Assembly (NCBI GenBank): GCA_012862495.1
Contig: BLSG01000077.1
Span: 103,663-136,019, forward strand
Direction of reading: 5' to 3'
Length of the DNA stretch: 32,357 nucleotides
Origin: Thraustochytrium aureum
Taxonomy: Eukaryota
The first letter of the stretch is position 1. The number at the start of each line of letters is the position of its first letter. A program made the translations under genes and the position numbers. Under the pieces are notes generated by a model. That model had not been told where the DNA came from. It saw nothing but the letters and a program-made list of their open reading frames with translations, and did no database searches. This document shows, piece after piece, positions 10,538 through 21,377 of the stretch.

Positions 10538-12439
10538 ATGGGATGCGTCTCGAGCACGCCGGGAAGCCAACTCGCAGTCCCAGGAAAGGAACGGACGCGC
10601 AGCACAGGGTCCATGAGCACGTCCTCCGTCGAGACGACGCGGCTTGTCCCAGCAGAGACTCTGGAGGTCGAAGAGAAAATCCTGCGTTTCCTCGAGACCA
10701 ACCAGTTCTTCTCGCACCTACCGAAAGCGGCGCGCAAGACTGCCGCCTCGAGCTTGCAGGCTCGTGTCGTTCATGCGGAGGAGGACATCGTGGAGCGCCT
10801 TTCCCAGTCAGAGTCGGTTTTCCTTGTGGTTAGCGGGCGAGTCTGCCTCGTCAAAGAGAGCGGCGACTCGAGCATCCGCATGGTGACGAAAAATGGGACC
10901 TTTGGAGAGGCCGGGTTTTACTTTCGCACGAGGAGGACCTTCACCGCAGTGGCAAAAGAGGAAACGGTACTCATGGTGCTCACGCGCCCCGTCTACGAGG
11001 CGAGCCGGAAAGCGCCCTGGCTCAAGTCGTTCGCCAGCTTTATCGAACTCTCGGCTCGGCAGCTCGTGTGCTCGCAGCTGCAAAAGGTGGAGATGATTCG
11101 CGACATGCAGCTCCACACGCTCCAGGCGCTGAGCAAAGTCTTCACCGTGAGCGTGATTGCCCGCGGCGAGACCGTTTTCCGCGAAGGCGACCCAGGCGAC
11201 ACGGGCTACTTTGTCCTCGCCTCGGGCGAGCTGGTTGTGACCTTGAACAGCTCCAAGGGGCTCGAGACGATCGAGGTCAAGCGGCTCACAGCTGGCGCGA
11301 CCTTCGGCGAGATCAGCTTGCTTGAAAGCAAACCGCGAACCGCGACGATTACTTCGATGGTAGACTCGACGCTGTTCCGCCTGAGCAAGGGCAACTTTGA
11401 GAAATTCCTGGCTGACAACCCAGACGTCCAGAAGATTATGCAAGCGCGCATCCGCGAGCGCAGCGACATGAAGTCGCTCACGGAGGGCATCCCCTTCGTG
11501 CGCAGCCTCAAGCCGAACAAAGTGCACCTCTTGGCCAGTGTGTGCGTGCCACACTTTTACAAGGCTGGCCGCTCCATTCTCACCGAGGGCTCGCGCCACC
11601 CCAACATGTTCTTCATCCTCGCGCGGGGCTCGGTGGATGTTCTCATCGGCAAAGCGCGCATCAAGACCCTCGACGAGCGCGGCCAGTACTTTGGCGAGCT
11701 CAGCATTGTGAGCAACCGCGCGCACTCTGCGACCATCCGGGCCGGCAAGGACGGCGCCCATTGCCTTGCCTGCTCCAAGGCCGAGTTCGAGTCGATCTTC
11801 GCCGACGAGGCGGCTGTGTTCGCCGAAGTGGCTCTCAAGGTGCTCGGCAAGGACTGCGAGCTGAGCAACGTCCTCAACCACCCCAGCGGGCGGGACAGCT
11901 TTGTGCGCCACTGCGAGACGGAGTATGCAGCAGAAAACGTCGCGTTTTTCGTTGCAGCGGATGAGTTTGAGCGGATGGGGACTCACCAAGTGCGCCGCGA
12001 CGTGCTCGAGGCTCTGGGCCAGAACGTTGACGACGTCGTCCAGAAGCGCACCTTGGAGCTGCGCGAGAAAGCGCAAGCGATTTACGACAGGTTTATCGAC
12101 TCGGACGGGCCAGAGCCCGTAAACATCCGCTCTTCGACAAGGGACACGATCACGGCGCGCATGCGGGACGGCGAGTGGTCGTACGAGCTTTTCAGTGAGG
12201 CAAAGGCCGCCGTCTACACGCTCCTGGAGCGCGACAACTTTGCCCGCTATCAGAAGAGCAAGGTATTTGAGGACATGCTCGCCGAGCTTGGCGTCTACGA
12301 CGACAGCAAGCATCGATCCCTGGCCCGCGATGTGTCGCACATCTCGCGAAAGCACAGCGTGAACGCCGCAACCCTTGGGCGGCGGGCAGCGCAAGACCGT
12401 CACGAGGATAACCGGATCCGCGAGCAGATCCTCGAGTAG
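10538..12439 (+). CDS. Protein with three cyclic-nucleotide-binding domains and a C-terminal RGS domain; N-terminal MGCxxS acylation motif
   Basis: Uninterrupted ORF; ATG 10538 gives MGCVSS. CNB1 (FLVVSGRV..FGEAG..RRTFT), CNB2 (VFREGDPGD..SGEL..FGEISLL..PRTAT) and CNB3 (FFILARGSV..YFGELSIV..AHSAT). RGS box at about 11861-12280: VLNHPSGRDSF..EYAAENVAFF..AQAIYDRFI..PVNI..LFSEA..LLERDNFARY. Confidence 0.92.
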   Translation: MGCVSSTPGSQLAVPGKERTRSTGSMSTSSVETTRLVPAETLEVEEKILRFLETNQFFSHLPKAARKTAASSLQARVVHAEEDIVERLSQSESVFLVVSGRVCLVKESGDSSIRMVTKNGTFGEAGFYFRTRRTFTAVAKEETVLMVLTRPVYEASRKAPWLKSFASFIELSARQLVCSQLQKVEMIRDMQLHTLQALSKVFTVSVIARGETVFREGDPGDTGYFVLASGELVVTLNSSKGLETIEVKRLTAGATFGEISLLESKPRTATITSMVDSTLFRLSKGNFEKFLADNPDVQKIMQARIRERSDMKSLTEGIPFVRSLKPNKVHLLASVCVPHFYKAGRSILTEGSRHPNMFFILARGSVDVLIGKARIKTLDERGQYFGELSIVSNRAHSATIRAGKDGAHCLACSKAEFESIFADEAAVFAEVALKVLGKDCELSNVLNHPSGRDSFVRHCETEYAAENVAFFVAADEFERMGTHQVRRDVLEALGQNVDDVVQKRTLELREKAQAIYDRFIDSDGPEPVNIRSSTRDTITARMRDGEWSYELFSEAKAAVYTLLERDNFARYQKSKVFEDMLAELGVYDDSKHRSLARDVSHISRKHSVNAATLGRRAAQDRHEDNRIREQILE

Positions 12440-12662
12440 AACGCCTCCGACACGCACATTCGCGCGAGACTATCTTTGGAAGTCCTCTCGCGAGAGTTTG
12501 CACAATCGGCAACCGTCTGGGTGGGTAAGACGAGTAGGGGTATGCATCGATTCGGTGAAAACTGCAGCTGAACGCAAAAAAAACGATGAAACTTGGTCAT
12601 TACCTACTCCATGTGGTTGGGTTGTTACTCGAGTACGCTACTCGCAAAAAGACGGGAGGTCT

Positions 12663-13283
12663 TTAGTTTGCGAGCTTTTCGGGCCTGTCAGGCACCGTGC
12701 AAACCGTAGTATCCAGCTGGTTCGGACCGGCGTCGCTGCATGCCGTTTGGTGCGTTCGAAGGCCCTCGCTCCCGCCAGCAGCAAAGTAGCCTGCCGCGAC
12801 GGGCACTGGGCCAGGGCTCCCTTCGGGGCAGTAGACCTGGTCCTTAGCGCGGACCCCATACTCGCCATTTGCCTCGCCGTACAGCAAGCCCTCCTCCGCC
12901 CCATAAGGTAGCTCGGGAACGACGGCTGCAATGGTGTGCCCCGCGCTGCAAATGAACTGGTCAGGAACCTGGCTTCCTGCCTTGCAAAAGTAGCCCGCCA
13001 TGCACGGCCCGCTGCAGGCAAAAGTCGCGAGTCCCTGGGCCCCGCCAAACGTTCCTGCAGGGCAAGGGACCGGGTCTGCCGTTCCCCGTGGACAATAGTG
13101 CCCCGGGGGGCAGCTACCGCTGCACTCGCGCGAGGCTAGGCCCTGCTCGCCCCCGAACGTGCCGGCTGGGCACGCGATGCGGAGGCCGCTCATGCAAAAC
13201 GAGCCGCGTGGGCAGATTTCCTGCAGTGTACGTGTCATGACGTCTCCTCCAACGCCAAAGTAGCCGTCCTGGACGTCTCGGGG
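12663..13283 (-). CDS. Cysteine-rich repeat (GCC2/GCC3, ephrin-receptor-like) surface or secreted protein, 3' part; 5' part lies in the gap 13284-13939 or upstream
   Basis: Repeats CPAGTFGG.QGLA...CSG.C..G.YC..G and CPRGSFC. The start is uncertain; a candidate ATG lies at 14001. Confidence 0.8.
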   Translation of the reverse strand, partial: PRDVQDGYFGVGGDVMTRTLQEICPRGSFCMSGLRIACPAGTFGGEQGLASRECSGSCPPGHYCPRGTADPVPCPAGTFGGAQGLATFACSGPCMAGYFCKAGSQVPDQFICSAGHTIAAVVPELPYGAEEGLLYGEANGEYGVRAKDQVYCPEGSPGPVPVAAGYFAAGGSEGLRTHQTACSDAGPNQLDTTVCTVPDRPEKLAN

Positions 13284-14591
13284 NNNNNNNNNNNNNNNNN
13301 NNNNNNNNNNNNNNNNNNNNNNNNNNNNNNNNNNNNNNNNNNNNNNNNNNNNNNNNNNNNNNNNNNNNNNNNNNNNNNNNNNNNNNNNNNNNNNNNNNNN
13401 NNNNNNNNNNNNNNNNNNNNNNNNNNNNNNNNNNNNNNNNNNNNNNNNNNNNNNNNNNNNNNNNNNNNNNNNNNNNNNNNNNNNNNNNNNNNNNNNNNNN
13501 NNNNNNNNNNNNNNNNNNNNNNNNNNNNNNNNNNNNNNNNNNNNNNNNNNNNNNNNNNNNNNNNNNNNNNNNNNNNNNNNNNNNNNNNNNNNNNNNNNNN
13601 NNNNNNNNNNNNNNNNNNNNNNNNNNNNNNNNNNNNNNNNNNNNNNNNNNNNNNNNNNNNNNNNNNNNNNNNNNNNNNNNNNNNNNNNNNNNNNNNNNNN
13701 NNNNNNNNNNNNNNNNNNNNNNNNNNNNNNNNNNNNNNNNNNNNNNNNNNNNNNNNNNNNNNNNNNNNNNNNNNNNNNNNNNNNNNNNNNNNNNNNNNNN
13801 NNNNNNNNNNNNNNNNNNNNNNNNNNNNNNNNNNNNNNNNNNNNNNNNNNNNNNNNNNNNNNNNNNNNNNNNNNNNNNNNNNNNNNNNNNNNNNNNNNNN
13901 NNNNNNNNNNNNNNNNNNNNNNNNNNNNNNNNNNNNNNNTGCACCAGCGAACAGTGTCGCGCGCCACACCGGCGTTCGCGCCACCGCTCCCGAAGCCGCA
14001 TCGCTCAGTCCAGGTTCGTCGCTGGACGTTTCGTAGCGTGGTTTTCAAATCGAGGGTGCATCGGGCGACCTTCCGCGCCAATTCCACGAGTCCAAGCCAG
14101 CAAAACCGCCGGGACCACAACCGCCAACCGCTGGCATTGACAGAAAAAGTACCACTAGGCACTAACGCACACCCGCGTCCCAAGCAAGCTCCTCCAAGCC
14201 ACAGGCCAATCGCCCACGGCGCCACCGCCGCGCCGCCTGCCCGCCACCGCCACCAACGGTAATAAAATGCTCGTACCTCCTTACTCCGGCGTTTTTAAGG
14301 CTGTTTCCTCGTAATTTTTAAAATAGAGGGTTAGGTCGGGGTTAGGGTCACGCGTTTTGAATTTCGAATTGGCCTCGACGACACAGGCGCTGGCAGACAC
14401 GGAACGCGGGCAGGAAGGCACGGACAGGCACAGCGGCAGGCGGGCAGGCGGGCAGGCGGGCAGGCGGTCGCGCAGGCGCGCAGGCGCGCAGGTGTAACGC
14501 TGGGCGTGCAGGCGCTGCTGCGGGCAGGCGGGGCTGGCGCTGCTGCGGGAAAGAAAGAAAGGCTCGGGTCGCGAAGGAGGAAGGTGAAAAT

Positions 14592-17500
14592 ATGGAGATG
14601 CGCAAGAGCTCGCGGAAACGGACCGCGACCACGTTCTTCGTGGCGGGCGCGTCGAAGAGGGTTTCGATCGAGGCTGATCATCACGGCGGCGAGGGCGCAC
14701 AGAGCTCGGAGGATGAGGATGGGGAGTTTGTGCTGGAGGGACAGGTTCGGGCGAAACGCGGCGAGGCAAGGCGGGTGGCGAAGAAGAAGAAGAGCAGCCC
14801 GCGCCACCTGATCAAGCGCAAGGCAAGCGAGGAAGGCGAGCTCTTCGCCGCCCTTCGCGACAAGAATGTTTCGCTCGCGCAGGTGGTGCGCGACCTGCTC
14901 TCGGAGAAAAGCAAGGAGATTGGACGGAAGCTGGTTCTTTTGCTGTTCGAGTGCGGCGGGGCCAGCCAGGCTGCTGTGGAACGCACGTTCCTGCCCGAGC
15001 ATCTCGAGGCGAACGACTTTGTTCTCGAGGAGGCCGACATGGCCCAACTCGCAAAGGACGTGGCCACTGCGTCCGACTGCTTCCCCGAGGCGTACCCCCT
15101 GGGCCACCTCGACTGGGACGAGTGGCACAACCTCGACAAGGCGCTGGCCAAATTCTTCAAGCTGCTGGTTGAGCAGGGCGAGGTCACCATGCTCGTCGCA
15201 GATAACGGCATCATTCTCGAGTTTCTGCTCGACGCGCTCGAGGGTCTCGCGGTCGCGCCGCTCCGGTCGTTCCGCCACACGAGCGTGTTCTGGGCCAGCG
15301 TGCTGGGCGAAAGCCTCATAGGGCTCGCCAAGCATGAGGCCAGCAAGCTCAACAAGGCTTTGCGTCAGCTCGGCACCAAGGCCAAAGCGCAAAGCGGCAT
15401 GCGCGCTCCCCTCGAGACGCTCTTGGCGAGTTTTAGGGCGTTTCTCGACTCGGAGAGCCTGACCCCCACCTTGGCGCCAGTCTCGACTGCAGTCGAAGCG
15501 TTCAATCTCGCTCTAGCCGCGGCCCCGCAAAAGTCGCGGGCGCCGCTTGAGCGGCTTGCGAAGACCTGCGGGGAGCTCGCTGAGGTCGTTCACGAGCTCC
15601 ACGAGCACACCGAGTCGGTTTTCCGTATCGTCGAGCATCGGGTCCGCGACGCGCAGCCCGCCGTGCGGGCCGCGGCGGTCGAAGCGCTCGGCACGTGGCT
15701 CGGTTGCGACCCGCTTCGATTCTTGGATGCAAGCAAAAAGGTGATCGAGCCCCTCTTGAAGGACAGAGTTGCCTCAGTGCGACAGGCGGCTTGTGGAAGC
15801 TTTACTCGGGCAATGAGCGCTCGCTTTCGGGCGCCGAAGCGCCGCTCTCGACAGCGTCGCGATCGAGCAATTCGGCGGCCGCTTCACCGGGGAAGCGCCG
15901 GGCCAAGAGCCCGCGCAGAAGGCGCAGCCGCGGTGCGCAGGAGGAAGAAGCCGGCGCGGCGGACAGCGACGAGGAGGCGGCGGCGGCGGACAACGACGAG
16001 GAGGGCGCCGACGAGGCCGAAGGGCTCACGGCGGGCGCTTCCGTAGCTCTTGCAGCCAAGAACCGCGTGCTGTCCCGCGGCAAGGCCAAGTGGGCTCGGC
16101 GCTGCAAGTCTACGCTGACGGGTGTCTTGCTGCGAGACCGCGACCCCAACGTGGTGTGCGCGGCCGTTGACGCCCTCGTCGCGGTGAACGCCTTGGACTC
16201 GACCCTGCTCAGCGCGAGCGACGAGCGGCTGATTGAGAAGGTGATCATCTATGAAGACCTGCCTGGCCAGGAGCCGGAGGACGGGCCAGTCTCCTTCCGG
16301 CCGGCCCGCGTCGCGGCCGCCCGGTTCGTCCTCGCCACGCACGAGGGGCTCCGCGACTCGCAAGCCGAGGAAGGGGGTGCTGCTGCTCAAGATGGCAGCT
16401 TGGAGGCCTCCGCTGCCGGGATCGCGCGGTCCCGCCTGCAGCTGTCGACCCTGGTCGATGTGGTAAGCAGCCTCATGGACAACGAGGCTGCTTCGGAGGA
16501 CTCGGAGGACGAAGCAGGGTCTGGCGACGAGGACGAGGACGCAGGTGACCGTCCCGACGCGGCCGGCGGCAAGCGCAAGGCCACGCCGCGCAAGCAGGCC
16601 CGGCGCGCTGGCGCTGCCGAATCAACACAATTCGACTTGCCAGCGCAGCTCGCCTATTTGCTCGTGGATGCTCTGTGGGACTTGCCGGGCACCCAGTTCC
16701 TCCGCTGCTGGGAGGCGATGTGCGCCATGCTGCTGAGCTATGGCGAGAGCGAGCAAGCGGGCATCGCCGGCGTCTTCAAGGCTCGCGTCGTGGCAACGCT
16801 TTTCGGCTCGGCCGCGCGCCGCGCCAAACGGGTCGACGCTACCGTCAAGTTCAAGCGGGCCCTGCGTGCGCAAGAAAAGGAGCGGGACGACTTGCTGGAG
16901 GCGTTGCACGCGGCGCTCGTTCCGACGCTCGGTGACTGCCTCGCTGCCTTCCGAGCGGACGCCTCTGTTCTGCGCCAGCTCATCCCGCTCGTGCGGCGCA
17001 TCGACCCCGCCGCCTGCACAAAGGACTCGGACCGGATGGCTCTGGACAAGGTCATAAAAAGCGCTGTCGGCAATCGTGCCACAACACAGCGACCCGGCGC
17101 TGCTTCTTGCGGTGGTGCNNNNNNNNNNNNNNNNNNNNNNNNNNNNNNNNNNNNNNNNNNNNNNNNNNNNNNNNNNNNNNNNNNNNNNNNNNNNNNNNNN
17201 NNNNNNNNNNNNNNNNNNNNNNNNNNNNNNNNGAGCACGATCAAGGCACTTCCGCGGGTGATCAAGGCCTTCCTTGCGGCCAAGCCGACTGACCCAGGTC
17301 ACGAATCACTTGTTGCGCTGGAGAGCGCGCTGAGGAGGGCAAGTGTCCTCTCGCGCCTCTGCGAGACGCACGCCCGCACCGAGGTTCCGAACGACCTCCG
17401 AATCGAGATTGTCAAGGCGGTTGCCGTTGTCACGAGCGGCGCGCCTTCCACCCGCGCGACGTCGGTCGCTGCCGAGGCGCTTACTCTCTTGCAAGTCGAC

Positions 17501-19204
17501 CTGACGCACGCGTTTAGCGCGCTCGTTGCCGAGCTCGACAAGAGCCCCAGCAGCAGAAGCGACGAGGCGCCCACAGCGGAACCGAACAACAACTCGCAGG
17601 ACGCCAACCCAAACGAGCTCGCTGGCGCGGTAGCTGTAGCCATGGAGAAGGTCGTCGTGCGCCGCGACGGCATCGCAGACGTGCTTGAGACGCTCGTTGA
17701 AAATAGCACAGGGGGCGACGGGTCGCTCTGCCAGGCGCACTTCCAACGTTTCATGATTTGCGGGCGCTATGCTCGCCTCGACTCCGAGGGACGGTGCTGC
17801 ACTTGGCTGCCTGGCGCCCATCTGCCTGCGTGCAGCGTGCGATGCAGAAAGCCGCTCGCGAGCTCTTCGAGGAGACGCTTTCTGGTGTGCCATCTGTGTC
17901 GCGCCAAGCTGGCGAGCCGCTGTCATCAGGTCCATTCGCTGTTCGAAACGCGGCGCTTGTACCTGTAATCCGGTCAATCACCCTTGCCAGAGAGCCTGGT
18001 GCCGGGCTCGGAGGCTTCATTCTGTCGCACGCCGGGGACGCAGCGGCCTCAGACTTGGACGGAGCTGCTGGACTCTTGAGCACGATGCTGCGACAATCCA
18101 ATCCAGCCGAGTGGGGTCGCACCGTTTTGGATGCCTTGCAGACCTCCTTTTCGCGGAACCCGGGAGCGCTTGAGGCGCCGTGTCGCGCTGCTGCACGCCT
18201 TGCCAAGCACGTTGCTGCGCGCAAAGGTGGGTGCCCTGCCCGCCTTGCTGAGCCAGTGCAAAATATTGTCGCGCACGGAGCCCGCTTCGCTTTGTCGGAG
18301 CCTGGCCACATAGGCTTTCTGCAAGCCTTGCAAGCCTTTGTAGCTGTCCTGCGGAAGGAGGACGTCGGAGCTGTTCGCGACAAGTGGCAAGGAATCCTCG
18401 ACGACCTTCCCAAAGCCACGGCGGACCTCCTGTTTCCGGATCGTGGGGAGCCCGCCGCGGTGCCCGAGTTTACCGCCTTCGAGAAGAGCCTAGGGGTTTC
18501 GACGCGCCTCGACGAGCCTGGGGTCTGGTGGTGGCAGCAGCGACTCGCAGGCCAGCGCCGAAGACGACGCAGCTGGGGCCGAAAGCCTTGACGACGAAGA
18601 CGAGGGCCCCAGCCGACGCAAACGGCGCCGACAGGCGGCTGGAGCGAGCGCTGGGCGAGCCAAGGCACTCGCTGATGACGCAGCTGACGAGGCAGCGGAA
18701 TTGCTCGCCGGCATGCACAACCGCGCCGCAACAGCAACGAAAGAGGGGGCCAAGCGCAGGTCAAGCACCAAGCGCAAGAGCAGCGAGCGGTCTCGGCGCA
18801 GCGACAGTGACGGCTCGGGGGCCTCGAGCGAGAGGCGGACGCGAACCCCCAAGCGCTCGCGATCTACGTGCAACTGACGCTGGCGACGACGAGAGCACGC
18901 GCGAGATCGGAAAAACCTGTATGAAAGTGAGGGTGAAAGTGACAGCAACGGCAAGGCTAAGAAACGCAAAGCGATGCCTGTGCGCGCGGCGAAAAGCGCG
19001 AACGACTCGGCCAAAGATGCACTATTTGAGGACCACGACACGAAAGGGGTGGCGTCGCCGCTGAGCGAAACCGCGAAAGGCGATGTATCGGGCAGCGGTG
19101 GAGCTGACAGTGAGGGCGAGAACGGCAAGAGCGACGCTGGGGACGACGAATCGGATGCGGGCTTTGCGGTTCAGCCGTCCCGCACATCGCGCCTACGACG
19201 CTAG
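14592..19204 (+). CDS. SCC3: Cohesin subunit SCC3/STAG (stromalin), frameshifted, N-gap 17119-17232
   Basis: STAG-domain motif LRSFRHTS (cf. VRAFRHTST) and stromalin conserved domain HRVRDAQPAVRAAAVEALGTW..FLD..LKDRVASVR. HEAT-like helical body and acidic/basic disordered tail. Shifts near 15791 (restores VRQAALWKLY), 17745 (restores FQTFHDLRAL), 18520 and 18865-18910. Stop TAG 19202-19204. Confidence 0.85.
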
Positions 19205-19288
19205 GACCGGAGCCGCGACCACTCCAACTACAGATGATCGATTCGTGCTCGAATTGCTATGGACACACATAAGTTTGCATTTGGTCGA

Positions 19289-19843
19289 TCAACTTGAACC
19301 GCGCGTTGTCGTTGTACCTGACAAGTCTTTTGGACTTGGCCTCGAAGCAGCAAGCGTGTCGCTCCATGCTGCGCAAATCTGCTCCAAGTAGACCCGCCGC
19401 TCGGCGTCGCGCATCACCTCGACGAAAGTCTCGTACTGAAAGACGGTCAGCAGAGTCTGCACCAAGCCCTGCACGCCGAGGTCCGGTGCCTTCGCTTCAC
19501 CTTGCTCCTCCAGGTACGCGACTACCTGGGCCACGCTTGCCCCGCGCTCCTCGACACGGCGCGCGATGCGCGCCTCGAACTCGTCGCAAAACGCCGCGTG
19601 CACCTGCGTGTACTCTAGCGGGTGCTCAAAGGCCTCCGCCTTGGCCTTTTGCTCGCGCACGTCCTCCGTCGCGAACACGTGCTTGTGCTCGTCCATGAAC
19701 CCGAACACCTGCCGCCTAAACTCGCTACTCACTAGCAGCGTTGCAACGCCCTGCACCGCGCCTGCAACGCCGGCGCCAGCATCCGCCTCGACGCCGCACT
19801 TTGCCTCTGAGGCGCTCTGGCGCCGCTGCTTCCACAGTGGCAT
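19289..19843 (-). CDS. ARL2-binding BART-domain protein (CFAP36/ARL2BP-like)
   Basis: Motif F..QV.GFMDEH..VF....EH.LEYTQVH..FCDEFE.RI...V...G.S....LL....YETFV.VM. The in-frame ATG at 19843 is preferred over the ORF-track start. Confidence 0.8.
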   Translation of the reverse strand: MPLWKQRRQSASEAKCGVEADAGAGVAGAVQGVATLLVSSEFRRQVFGFMDEHKHVFATEDVREQKAKAEAFEHPLEYTQVHAAFCDEFEARIARRVEERGASVAQVVAYLEEQGEAKAPDLGVQGLVQTLLTVFQYETFVEVMRDAERRVYLEQICAAWSDTLAASRPSPKDLSGTTTTRGSS

Positions 19844-20200
19844 CTTCGCGCCGCGGGCGGGCGGGCGCGAGCGTGGCAGGCCAACGCGTTGTTTGTCGTC
19901 CAGCACGTACGTAAGAGAGTATGTATGCCAGTGCATGCACGTACTCTACTCTACGTCTACGTACGTATGTATGTAGAGCGTGCCGCCAAGAAGGCTTGCA
20001 TGGGTGTCTGTCTCTGCGCCGTGCTCAGCGAGCTGCCGCGCGACAGAACGAGCCGCAGACGTGTAACGCACACTATTGAACACCAATATTTGCTAAAGGT
20101 CAAGAGTTGTCAAGCCAAGAGAAGAATGAATGCGAGCTCGTGATTGATCAAGATCGATCAATCAACGAGTGGCATCGAGGGACTCGCTCCGTGGCGCTGG

Positions 20201-21295
20201 ATGGCGCGGTACTTTGACGCGGACTTTGCCTGGGAAGAGGCCGCCGCAGCGCGGCGCGAGCGATGTGTCGGTGCGTTTGTTAGGCTCTGGCGCTTTTTGT
20301 TTGGCTCTGGCGCTTTTTGTTAGGCTCTGGCGCTTTTGTTTGCACGCGAGACTGACGCGGCACAGGGCCGCTCGCGCCACCTGTGGAGGCGGCGGACGTC
20401 GTGGCGGGGCTCGTTGAACCTGCTCGGCTCGCGCAGTCCTGGCAGGCGTTCTACGAGAGACATGAGAACAGGTTTTTCAAGGCAAGGGCCTACTTGCAAA
20501 GCGCGTTTCCNNNNNNNNNNNNNNNNNNNNNNNNNNNNNNNNNNNNNNNNNNNNNNNNNNNNNNNNNNNNNNNNNNNNNNNNNNNNNNNNNNNNNNNNNN
20601 NNNNNNNNNNNNNNNNNNNNNNNNNNNNNNNNNNNNNNNNNNNNNNNNNAGATTGGCTGCGGCACAGGGTCGTCCATTGTGCCGCTGCTTCGCCAGTTGC
20701 CAAACCTAACCGCGATTGTTCTGGACGTGGCTCCCTCTGCGATCGCTGCGCTCGATGGGCTGCTCGCTGCAGAGCCGCATTTGGCGGAGCGGTGCTCATC
20801 TCGCGTTTGCGACGCAGCTCTGGCCGAGACGCTGTTTGAGCCCGAGACGCTTGACTTCGTACTGCTTGTATTTACGCTCTCCGCGATTCCGCCCAAGAGC
20901 CACGCCGATGTCTTGGGAAAGCTGCCGCTGCACTGCGGCCTGGTGGGGCCCTGTGCTTTCGCGACTACGGTCTGTTCGACATGGTCCAGGCGCGGTGCGA
21001 GAGGCGGGTTGGAGAGAACCAGTACGTGAAGAGCGACGGGATTCACTGCTACTTCTTCTCTGAGGAGTACTTGCAGGATCTTGCTCGCCAGACGGGGCTT
21101 GAGCCTCTCGAAATCAAGTATTGCACAGTCCGGAATGTGAACCGCAAGACTCAGCAGACCATCGACCGCGTCTTCTTGAACGCGACCCTCATCAAGCCGT
21201 CGCTTGGATTGGCGTCACAAGCTGGATTGGCGTCACAAGCTCGAGTTGCGCCCAACGAAAGAGAGGAAAGACAGTCGCCTGTTGTCCTGAGCTGA
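20201..21295 (+). CDS. METTL6: tRNA N3-methylcytidine methyltransferase, METTL6/METTL2/Trm140 family (intron 20271-20365, N-gap 20511-20649, frameshift about 20923)
   Basis: Exon 1 MARYFDADFAWEE splices in frame to WQAFYERHENRFFKARAYL. SAM motif IGCGTG follows the gap, then DFVLLVFTLSAIPP, LRPGGALCFRDYGLFDM, YVKSDG..YFFS and NRK....RVF. The subfamily assignment is less certain than the family. Confidence 0.88.
20271..20365 (+). other. Spliceosomal intron (95 bp) containing a 20-bp x3 tandem repeat
   Basis: GTGCGT donor, CTGAC branch at 20352-20356, CAG acceptor. Removal joins ATG 20201 in frame with the methyltransferase ORF. The repeat TTTGTTWGGCTCTGGCGCTT spans about 20276-20342. Confidence 0.85.
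21205..21241. repeat. In-frame 18-bp tandem duplication (GLASQA x2) in the methyltransferase tail
   Basis: TGGATTGGCGTCACAAGC occurs twice in tandem. Confidence 0.9.
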
Positions 21296-21377
21296 CTTTT
21301 CACGCCTAGCCGCCTAGCGTTTCAGTGCCATTGTTCATCGTCCGTCACCCGTGCCACGTCGTTCTTGATAGGATACT

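Noticed and set aside
10808..12457. Long antisense and alternative-frame ORFs (10808-12457 minus, 21426-23156 plus, 14331-15392 minus and many others)
   Set aside because: Shadows of real genes in GC-rich DNA where stops are rare, with no motifs; several are inflated by N-runs.
18874..18876. In-frame TGA in the SCC3 tail as selenocysteine or readthrough
   Set aside because: It lies in a disordered tail, and a neighbouring frame reads sensibly across it (ATDAGDDES), consistent with compensating indel errors.
657..19204. Calling the SNF2, bZIP and SCC3 genes pseudogenes or programmed-frameshift genes
   Set aside because: Motifs are intact on both sides of each break, the breaks sit in short homopolymers with no shared signal, and SCC3 is normally essential. 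Sequencing error is more parsimonious.
20276..20342. 20-bp repeat x3 as a CRISPR-like array
   Set aside because: No spacers, no cas genes, and it lies inside a spliceosomal intron; it is an ordinary minisatellite.
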